Source: an uncultured Clostridia bacterium (GTDB taxonomy: Bacteria; Bacillota; Clostridia; Oscillospirales; Ruminococcaceae). Taken from it: 64,000 bases of DNA. A model generated the notes under the pieces. It was not told the origin of the DNA, searched no databases, and saw nothing but the letters and a program-made list of their open reading frames with translations. The stretch is from positions 21,714 to 85,713 of the forward strand of contig CANQWC010000006.1 of the NCBI GenBank assembly GCA_947627455.1. The letters run 5' to 3'. The position numbers and the translations under genes were made by a program. Numbering within the stretch: position 1 is the stretch's first letter; the number at the start of each line of letters is the position of its first letter. This document shows positions 57,238-64,000 of the stretch, piece after piece.

Positions 57238-58899
57238 CTACCCCTCAACCGGAAAAACGACCTCCACCCTCGTCCCTCTCCCGACCTCGCTCTCAACCTC
57301 AATCCTTGCCCCATGGATCATAGCCGCGTGCTTGACTATCGACAGCCCGAGACCCGTGCCGCCGAGGGCTTTGGAGCGGCTTTTGTCAACGCGGTAGAAC
57401 CGCTCAAAAATGCGCTCCTGATGCTCTTTCGGAATGCCGATGCCCGTGTCCTCGACCGCTAAAATCGCACTGTTATCGGCACTTTTCACGCTTACGTCAA
57501 CCCGCCCTCCCTCGTGATTATATTTAATAGCATTATCAATTAAATTATATATTATACTTCCCAGAAGCTGCGGGATTCCGTCAATTTCGGTCGGCTCGCC
57601 GTTGACTTCGAGGGCGACTTTTGCCGCCTCCGCTTCGGGCAGGAGCTGCTTCGCCGTTTCCTTTGCAAGCTTAAACAAATCCACCCGCTCGCGCTGCATG
57701 TCCTGCGCACCCTCGTCGAGGTGTGAAAGGCGGATAATATCTTCAACTAAACTAATCATTCTTTGGGATTCGCCGTGGATCCGCGCATAAAATTCCTGCT
57801 TGTCAGGCTCCTTTACAAGCCCGTTTTTCAAGAGCTCCGCCGCCCCCGAAATCGTTTGCAGCGGGGTTTTCAGCTCATGCGAAACATTCGCGGTGAACTC
57901 CCTCCGAAGCTGCTCCGCGCGCTCCTTTTCGGTCACGTCGAGGATTAGCAGCACCCCGCCCGACACCTTTTCTCCGTCCGAAACAGGGCTGATGTCGAGC
58001 TGAAATTTTCTGCCATTTAAATCAATAAATTTCTCGGCATGGCTGCCCTTTTCCATCGCCGAAAGCAGCTCGGAAACCTCGGGGCTGCGGTTCAGGGTCA
58101 GCATGTGCTGCCCAACAATATCCCCCGAAGCGTCAAAAAGCCTTGCCGCGGCGGGATTTATGCTCAAAATCTCGCCCAATGTGCCGAGAACGACGATTCC
58201 CTCTGCCATATTTTCGGTGACGGCGGCAAACTCCTCCTGCCGCTTACGCAGCTCGTCGGCCTGCTTTTTGATCTGCCGCTGCTGGCTGTCGATGCGGTGC
58301 AAAAGAGGCGCGAGCTCGTCGTATTGCTCGTTTGAAAGCGGGTCGTCGAGGTTGAGATTGTTAAGCGGCTTGACGATTTGCTTTGACAGGCGGTACGCCA
58401 AAAACATCGACAGCGCGACCGCAATCAGGATTATCGCGGCGAGCGGCTGGGACATGCCGAAAAGCAGCGTCAGCAGCGTGTTTTGGCTGACCGACATTCG
58501 CAGGACCGAGCCGTCGGGGAGCCTTTCGGCGCAATATAACGCCCGCTCCATCAGCGTGACCGAATACCTCGAACTTTCGCCGAAGCCCGTTTCAAGGGCT
58601 TTTTTGATCTCCTCGCGCTCAAGATGATTCTCCATTTCTCCGGTGTCCGAGCGGCTGTCAAAAATTACCTCGCCGTCGGGCGCGATGAGGGTGATTCGGT
58701 ACTCGCGCGCGTCCAAATCGTCAAAATATGCGACCCCCTCGGCGGCTACGGCTTTGGCGGCAAGCTCGGTCTGGGTCCGAAGCTGCTCCTGTCGAACTTC
58801 CGAAAAATAGTTATACAGCATAATCGAAAACAGCAGCACCGAAGCCGCAAAAACCGCCATCGCGACGAGAAAAATCGAGCGGAAAATTCGCTTTGTCAT
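57238..58899 (-). CDS. phoR: PhoR-like sensor histidine kinase (2 TM, PAS, HisKA, HATPase_c)
   Basis: H-box SHELKTPL, N-box NLIDNAIKY, G-boxes EDTGIGI and GGTGLGLSIV. It is coupled to the upstream response regulator and to the pst-phoU genes. Confidence 0.85.
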   Translation of the reverse strand: MTKRIFRSIFLVAMAVFAASVLLFSIMLYNYFSEVRQEQLRTQTELAAKAVAAEGVAYFDDLDAREYRITLIAPDGEVIFDSRSDTGEMENHLEREEIKKALETGFGESSRYSVTLMERALYCAERLPDGSVLRMSVSQNTLLTLLFGMSQPLAAIILIAVALSMFLAYRLSKQIVKPLNNLNLDDPLSNEQYDELAPLLHRIDSQQRQIKKQADELRKRQEEFAAVTENMAEGIVVLGTLGEILSINPAAARLFDASGDIVGQHMLTLNRSPEVSELLSAMEKGSHAEKFIDLNGRKFQLDISPVSDGEKVSGGVLLILDVTEKERAEQLRREFTANVSHELKTPLQTISGAAELLKNGLVKEPDKQEFYARIHGESQRMISLVEDIIRLSHLDEGAQDMQRERVDLFKLAKETAKQLLPEAEAAKVALEVNGEPTEIDGIPQLLGSIIYNLIDNAIKYNHEGGRVDVSVKSADNSAILAVEDTGIGIPKEHQERIFERFYRVDKSRSKALGGTGLGLSIVKHAAMIHGARIEVESEVGRGTRVEVVFPVEG

Positions 58900-59570
58900 G
58901 GCTTTTCCTCCATTTTGTAGCCGACTCCGCGCACCGTTTCGATCATGCCGCCGCAGCCGCCCAACTTCGCGCGCAGGGTGTTTATGTGGACGTCGACCGT
59001 GCGTGTTTCGCCGTAAAAATCGCCGCCCCAGACTGCCGAAAGAAGCTGTTCGCGGGTGAAAACCTTGCCGATATTTTCCATAAACAGCTTTAACAAATCG
59101 TATTCTTTGAGGGTCAGGACAACCCGCCCGCCGTCAGCGGTCACGGTGTGCTCGGCGGTGTTCATAACGACGCCTCCGAGCCGAAGCGTCGCGGCTTGCT
59201 CCTTTTTGCCCGAGCGCCGAAGCACCGCGCGAACGCGGGAAACCATCTCCATCATGCCGAACGGCTTCGCGAGGTAGTCGTCCGCGCCGAGGTCAAGCCC
59301 GATGACTTTGTCGTACTCGGTGCCTTTCGCGGTCGCCATGATTATCGGGATTTCGGCGGTTTTCGGGCTTTCGCGCAGCTTTTTGAGTATCTCAATGCCG
59401 TCCTCGCCTGGGAGCATGATGTCGAGCATGATAAGCTCGGGAAGCGCGGTTTTTAGGGCATCGAACAGCTCCGAGCCGCGTTCAAACCCCTTTGCCTCGA
59501 ACCCCGCCGAGGTCAGGGCGTATATCATCAAATCGCGGATACCGCCGTCATCTTCAACGCAGTAAATCAT
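58896..59570 (-). CDS. phoP: PhoP/PhoB-like OmpR-family response regulator
   Basis: Receiver domain (VEDD, LIMLDIMLPGEDG, AKPF) plus a winged helix (LTLKEYDLLKLF, VRGVGYKM). Confidence 0.9.
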   Translation of the reverse strand: MIYCVEDDGGIRDLMIYALTSAGFEAKGFERGSELFDALKTALPELIMLDIMLPGEDGIEILKKLRESPKTAEIPIIMATAKGTEYDKVIGLDLGADDYLAKPFGMMEMVSRVRAVLRRSGKKEQAATLRLGGVVMNTAEHTVTADGGRVVLTLKEYDLLKLFMENIGKVFTREQLLSAVWGGDFYGETRTVDVHINTLRAKLGGCGGMIETVRGVGYKMEEKP

Positions 59571-59595
59571 AAAATCACCTCTGCACTATATTATA

Positions 59596-59735
59596 CCCCG
59601 CGGGTGCGGGGAAATCAAGGGGAACGCGCTAAAATAGCGGGCTCGGGCGAAGCCCACGGTGCGCCCGAAGGGCGCACCGCTCGGCTCCGAAGGAGCCGAG
59701 CGACGGTCGCGAAGCGACCGTCGGGGCTTCGCCCC
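59596..59735. repeat. Array of abutting perfect hairpins centred on GAA between phoU and phoP
   Basis: ccccgc-gggt-gcgggg (59596-59611), gggc-gaa-gccc (59645-59655), ggtgcgccc-gaa-gggcgcacc (59658-59678), gctcggctcc-gaa-ggagccgagc (59679-59701), cgacggtcgc-gaa-gcgaccgtcg (59701-59723), ggggc-ttc-gcccc (59723-59735). Confidence 0.85.
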
Positions 59736-59771
59736 GATCCTTCCTCCCGCAGTCCCCTAAAGAAAAGTCAG

Positions 59772-60422
59772 TCACCCCGCACCCTGTCCCTCAGCCTTTT
59801 TGCCTGTCAGCGCATAGATGACCCACCCCGCGATGTTTGCCGCGTGGTCCGCCATGCGTTCAAAATATTTAGCTATCATAAGTAAATCAAGTGCGTATTC
59901 TCCGTCCGAGTGACCGCCCTGCAAAGCGGCTATCAGCGCGATTTTTATGCGGTTGAAGTGGCCGTCAACCACGTCGTCATAGGCGATAACCGACCGCGCC
60001 AAGGCTTCGTCGCCCTTGACAAATGCGTCAATGGAATCCGTAACCATCTTAACGGTCGCGCGCGCCATGCTGTCGATGTTTAACTTGTCGTGCGCGGGGG
60101 TGATATGCCCGAGCGACACGATTTCCGCGATGTCGCCCGAGTTGTCGCCGATTCGTTCCATGTCCGTAACCATTTTCAGCGCCGACGAAATCACCCGCAA
60201 ATCCCGCACCACGGGCTGTTGTTGCAGCAAAAGCTTCATGCACATTCCCTCGATGTCCCGCTCCTTTTCGTCGATTTTCACGGCGAGAGCGGTCACATTT
60301 TCGGGCTTTTCGCCGCCGTTTATTGCCTTTGCCGAGAGCGCGATCGCGTTTTCACACATAGCTCCCATGGCGGTCAGCTCGCGGTGCAAATCTTTAAGCT
60401 GATTATCAAAATTTGTCCTCAT
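59772..60422 (-). CDS. phoU: Phosphate signalling complex protein PhoU
   Basis: Two PhoU repeats (..DLRVISSALKMVTDMERIGD.. and ..LLMIAKYFERMADHAANIA). ATG 60422 overlaps the pstB stop (TGATG). Confidence 0.9.
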   Translation of the reverse strand: MRTNFDNQLKDLHRELTAMGAMCENAIALSAKAINGGEKPENVTALAVKIDEKERDIEGMCMKLLLQQQPVVRDLRVISSALKMVTDMERIGDNSGDIAEIVSLGHITPAHDKLNIDSMARATVKMVTDSIDAFVKGDEALARSVIAYDDVVDGHFNRIKIALIAALQGGHSDGEYALDLLMIAKYFERMADHAANIAGWVIYALTGKKAEGQGAG

Positions 60423-61177
60423 CAACCAAACCTCCCCGTGATGTAATCCTCGGTGCGCTTGTCCGTGGGATTCGAGAAAATTTTCTCGGTGTCGCCGAAC
60501 TCTACAAGCTCGCCGAGCAGGAAAAACGCCGTTTTATCGGATATTCGCACCGCCTGCTGCATGTTGTGCGTGACCGTGATTATCGTGTATTTTTCTTTAA
60601 GCTGCATACATAATTCCTCGATTTTCGATGTCGAAATGGGGTCAAGCGCCGAGGTTGGCTCATCCATCAAAAGCACCTGCGGCTCGACCGCAAGCGCCCG
60701 GGCAATACAAAGCCGCTGCTGCTGGCCTCCCGACAGCCCCAGCGCGTTCTTTTTGAGCCTATCTTTTACTTCGTCCCAAATCGCCGCGTCCTTAAGCGAC
60801 TGCTCGACTATATCGTCAAGCCTTGCACGGCTCTTTATCCCGTGCGTGCGCGGGCCGTAAGCGATGTTGTCATAGACCGACATCGGGAACGGATTCGGCT
60901 TCTGAAAGACCATGCCGATTTCCTTGCGCAGCGTGTTTACGTCGACGTCGCGGGCGAAAATGTCCTGCCCCTTGTATAAAATCTCGCCCGTGATTCTGAC
61001 GTTCGGGATAAGGTCGTTCATGCGGTTAAGCGTTTTCAGAAATGTTGATTTCCCGCAGCCCGAGGGTCCAATCAGCGCGGTAATCGTCTTTTCGGGGATA
61101 TTCAGATTGACATGGTGCAGGGCCTGCACCGCCCCGTACCAAAGATTTAAGTCAGTTACCTTAATTATTTCATTCAT
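60422..61177 (-). CDS. pstB: Phosphate ABC transporter ATP-binding protein PstB
   Basis: [41 protein letters not shown]. The start was trimmed to ATG 61177 (MNEIIKV). Confidence 0.95.
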   Translation of the reverse strand: MNEIIKVTDLNLWYGAVQALHHVNLNIPEKTITALIGPSGCGKSTFLKTLNRMNDLIPNVRITGEILYKGQDIFARDVDVNTLRKEIGMVFQKPNPFPMSVYDNIAYGPRTHGIKSRARLDDIVEQSLKDAAIWDEVKDRLKKNALGLSGGQQQRLCIARALAVEPQVLLMDEPTSALDPISTSKIEELCMQLKEKYTIITVTHNMQQAVRISDKTAFFLLGELVEFGDTEKIFSNPTDKRTEDYITGRFG

Positions 61178-62015
61178 AGTTTCGCCTCCTTTTGAAAGCA
61201 CGGCCGACGAGCATGGCAAGGAGATTTACTAAAAGGGTAAGCACCATCAAAATGGCTGCAATCGCGAATCCCACGCCGAACTCGCCCTCCTCCTTGACGT
61301 ACATATAAAGGGAAACGGTCAGAGTAGATCCTGAGCTTCGCAGACCGTCAAAAAAGCCGTTGAGCGCGTGTGCCGTACCCGCAGTAAACAGAAGCGCCGC
61401 CGATTCTCCCAAAATTCGACCGACGGACAGAATACAGCCTGTTATAACGCCGTCGATGCAACTCGGCAGAACAACCGTGCGTATCACCCGCCATTTGCCT
61501 GCGCCGAGCCCAAACGCGCCCTCACGGTAGGACTGCGGGACGGTTTTCAGGCTCTCCTGCGTGGTGCGCATGACGGTCGGCAGGTTCATGATGACGAGGG
61601 TCAGCGCGCCCGCCAAAAGCGAGGTTTGCATGCCTAAAAACTGGCAGAAAAACAACATTCCCACCAAGCCGTAGATTATCGACGGAATGCCCGAAAGCGT
61701 CTCGGCGGCATATTCGATGACGGCGACGAGCCGCTTGTTTTTGGCGTATTCGGTGAGATATACCGCCGCTCCGACCCCAAGCGGGAGAACGAAAATCAGC
61801 GTTGCGACGATGATGTAAACGGTGTTCAGAATGTCGGGCAGAATACCTATTTTACCTGTCATGTAGCTTCGTTTTGTGGTCAGCAGCTCCCAAGAGATGT
61901 TCGGAACGCCCTTTGCGAGTATGTAGACGAGTAGAAACAGCACGAGTGCGCAGGTGAATGCCGCGCTGACGATGCACAATGCCCGCAGGAGCGCGATTTT
62001 TATTTTTCGTTTCAT
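61170..62015 (-). CDS. pstA: Phosphate ABC transporter permease PstA
   Basis: 6-TM permease with the EAA-like loop ([25 protein letters not shown]). ATG 62015 follows AAGGAG. GTG 62024 is an alternative start. Confidence 0.9.
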   Translation of the reverse strand: MKRKIKIALLRALCIVSAAFTCALVLFLLVYILAKGVPNISWELLTTKRSYMTGKIGILPDILNTVYIIVATLIFVLPLGVGAAVYLTEYAKNKRLVAVIEYAAETLSGIPSIIYGLVGMLFFCQFLGMQTSLLAGALTLVIMNLPTVMRTTQESLKTVPQSYREGAFGLGAGKWRVIRTVVLPSCIDGVITGCILSVGRILGESAALLFTAGTAHALNGFFDGLRSSGSTLTVSLYMYVKEEGEFGVGFAIAAILMVLTLLVNLLAMLVGRAFKRRRNYE

Positions 62016-62020
62016 CGCCG

Positions 62021-62899
62021 TCACTCCTTACTGCGCTTCAAGAAGAAATTCAGAGCCGCGTTGATCAACATGATAAACAAAAACAGAACGAGGGCGATCG
62101 AGAACAGCGCCTGCCGCTGCAAGCCGCTTGAATAGGACATTTCGCTTGCGACCGCCGTCGTCAGAAAGCGCACGCTCCCGAAAAGCTCGGGCATATTCGG
62201 CGCGTTTCCCGACACCATCATGACCGCCATAGCTTCGCCGATTGCCCGCCCGACCCCAAGCACGACCGCAGCCGCGATACCGCTTTTTGCCGCGGGGACG
62301 GACACCCTGAAATATGTTTCAACAGGCGTTGCGCCGAGGGCGAGCGACGCGTCCTCATATTCCCGCGGAACGGCTTCCAGAGCCGTTATAGACACGTTGA
62401 TGATGGACGGCAAAATCATTATCGCCAGCACGATTATCGCCGCGAAAAGGCTCGCCCCGTCGGGAATGTGAAAAAATTTTCGTATGCTCGGGACAAGCAC
62501 CATCATGCCGACAAGTCCGTATACCACCGACGGGATTCCCGCCAAAAGGCTGACCGCGCCCGATACGATTGTCCGAATTTTTTGGGGAGCAAGCTTTGCA
62601 AGATAAACCGAAGTCAGAAACCCGACAGGCACGCCCAGAATTATTGCACCCGCCGTGCCGTAAACGCTCGTCAGAATGAACGGCAAAATCCCGAAAGACG
62701 GCTCGCTTGCGGTTGACGCCCATTTCGTGTTGAACAGGAAGTTCAAAATGCCGATTTCGCGGATTGCGGGGATTCCCGCGATGACGAGGTAAACCGTTAT
62801 CAGCAGCACAAATCCGACGGTTATCAGCCCCAAAAACAGGAAAATGATGTAGATGATCGTTTCAATAAGATTTTGTTCAAACGCTTGAGGATTTTTCAT
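62021..62899 (-). CDS. pstC: Phosphate ABC transporter permease PstC
   Basis: 6-TM permease with the EAA loop (EAVPREYEDASLALGATPVETYFRV). ATG 62899 follows GAGGTG. Confidence 0.9.
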   Translation of the reverse strand: MKNPQAFEQNLIETIIYIIFLFLGLITVGFVLLITVYLVIAGIPAIREIGILNFLFNTKWASTASEPSFGILPFILTSVYGTAGAIILGVPVGFLTSVYLAKLAPQKIRTIVSGAVSLLAGIPSVVYGLVGMMVLVPSIRKFFHIPDGASLFAAIIVLAIMILPSIINVSITALEAVPREYEDASLALGATPVETYFRVSVPAAKSGIAAAVVLGVGRAIGEAMAVMMVSGNAPNMPELFGSVRFLTTAVASEMSYSSGLQRQALFSIALVLFLFIMLINAALNFFLKRSKE

Positions 62900-62907
62900 G
62901 CCGCACC

Positions 62908-63717
62908 TCAATTTACAGGCATCGCGCCCGCCTGCGAGATGTACTGAGCCGCGTCCGCAGATGTCGCAAAATCGAAGAATTTTTGCGCCGCTTCGGAAAG
63001 CTCGGTATCGTTTTTCGTCACCAAAACGAACGGACGTTGAATGACGTAGCTGCCGTCCTTGACGGTGTCCTCGCTCGGCAGAACGCCACCCACCGAAAGA
63101 GCCTTGACTCCGTCGCCGACCGCCGCGAGGGAGGCGTAGCCGATAGCGTCGGGATTCTGCGAAACGGTGGTGATAACGTCGCCTGTCGAGGTCAGTTCCT
63201 GACGGTATTTGCAGGCGTCCTCAGTGTCAGTGATCGATTCAAAACCGTCGCGCGTGCCGCTGCCCGCCTCTCGCCCGATGACAACGATTTCCGTATCGCT
63301 CCCACCGACCTGCGACCAATTTGTGATTTCGCCCGTGTAGATTTTCGCGATAGTTTCCACGTCGAGATCGCTGACCGAATTTTGCGGATTGACGATGACC
63401 GCGATGCCGTCGTTGGCGAGAACGGTTTCCGAAAGCCCGTCTGCCTTTTCCTCGTGTTTGAGGTTGCGGCTCGAAAGCCCGATGTCGCACCGCCCCTCCT
63501 TGACAGCTTGAATCCCCGAACCCGAGCCGGTGGGATTGTAGGTGAATGAAATGCCGAACTTTTCCTCAAACGCCTCGCCCAAAACGCCGATGACTTTCTC
63601 CATCGAGGTGGAGCCGTCGGTGGAAACGGTGGCGTTGCTTTGAGATGAGCAGGCGGAGAGGGTAGATGTCACAAAAATCGCAGTAAGCATGATTAAAATT
63701 ATTTTTTTCATTTTCAT
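62908..63717 (-). CDS. pstS: Phosphate-binding lipoprotein PstS
   Basis: Lipoprotein signal MKMKKIILIMLTAIFVTSTLSAC. GSTSM, PTGSGSGI and GREAGSGTR are phosphate-binding blocks. Confidence 0.9.
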   Translation of the reverse strand: MKMKKIILIMLTAIFVTSTLSACSSQSNATVSTDGSTSMEKVIGVLGEAFEEKFGISFTYNPTGSGSGIQAVKEGRCDIGLSSRNLKHEEKADGLSETVLANDGIAVIVNPQNSVSDLDVETIAKIYTGEITNWSQVGGSDTEIVVIGREAGSGTRDGFESITDTEDACKYRQELTSTGDVITTVSQNPDAIGYASLAAVGDGVKALSVGGVLPSEDTVKDGSYVIQRPFVLVTKNDTELSEAAQKFFDFATSADAAQYISQAGAMPVN

Positions 63718-63767
63718 TTCTCCTTAAATTTTTTGCCCCGAGGTACAATTCAATGATAGCTCGGGAA

Positions 63768-63807
63768 TGTCAAATTTTCTATCGGGGAAATGTAAAATCG
63801 GGGTAAA
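63768..63807 (-). promoter_or_regulatory. Candidate Pho box (PhoP-binding direct repeats) upstream of pstS
   Basis: Minus strand: TTTACC-n5-TTTACA-n5-CCGATA-n5-TTTGAC, hexamers at an 11-bp period resembling the Firmicute TT(A/T/C)ACA repeats. A TATCAT -10 candidate lies downstream. Confidence 0.5.
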
Positions 63808-64000
63808 ATTTTGGGCGAAATTAAAAGCACCCAAGCCGTTTTAGCGGTTTGGGCACTCATTTTTAGGGAAGAATCCAATGAAAGCGGGTTTTGTTGCCAA
63901 TCGGACTTTGCAATCAAACAAAGCATTAAAGCTTGCTTTTCGGACGTCGCGGTCATAAATGACCGACCGCTTGTCCTCAAAGAGTTTTAATTGCGTTGTT

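Noticed and set aside
59596-59735. Possibility that the hairpin arrays (also at 19994-20189 and 22584-22813) are CRISPR arrays.
   Set aside because: The palindromes differ from one another, there are no constant-length unique spacers, and no cas genes or leader are present.
63750-63980. 76-aa minus-strand ORF upstream of pstS.
   Set aside because: It overlaps the predicted Pho box and promoter region, has no RBS or motifs, and the window ends before the context can be judged.

Overview
This 64-kb chromosomal window appears to come from a high-G+C, spore-forming Firmicute of class Clostridia. The evidence for that is a gpr germination protease, T-box leaders, Firmicute-type gene order and a [SPN]PxTG-type sorting signal.

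Most of the window is housekeeping:
- ffh(3' end)-rpsP-KH-rimM-trmD
- ptsH, then a PucR-type regulator
- ftsE-ftsX-M23 peptidase-S41 peptidase homologue
- an ECF sigma/anti-sigma pair, rpsT, gpr, and a stand-alone acpP
- a T-box-controlled trpEGDCFBA operon plus a methyltransferase
- metY-metA, prfB with no programmed frameshift, and T-box-controlled valS
- pstSCAB-phoU-phoPR at the right end

Accessory content:
- an SdpR/SdpI/YhfC-type membrane immunity-like cluster
- a membrane-anchored GH25 muramidase coupled to a possible papain-like peptidase
- an 11.1-kb gene for a 3712-aa wall-anchored vWA/LamG/isopeptide-domain adhesin, AT-rich relative to its flanks
- a CPBP protease, an orphan response regulator and an ABC transporter with three tandem paralogous permeases and the stub of a fourth
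- a decayed mobilisable island (about 49.9-57.2 kb) carrying an ECF sigma/anti-sigma/ABC cargo, mobC, a relaxase and a truncated large serine recombinase

I do not see a clear, complete novel multi-gene system such as a defence, CRISPR, toxin or biosynthetic locus. The least explained signals are non-coding:
- a dispersed intergenic repeat with a 29-nt identical core, a 7-bp tandem array and a terminal hairpin. Part of it is embedded in the valS T-box leader.
- several arrays of abutting perfect hairpins centred on GAA/TTC

Two protein-level oddities also stand out. The S41 homologue lacks its Ser/Lys dyad, and TrmD has a divergent GGGxG loop.

All calls come from reading the sequence and ORF translations by eye. 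No searches, folding or statistics were run.
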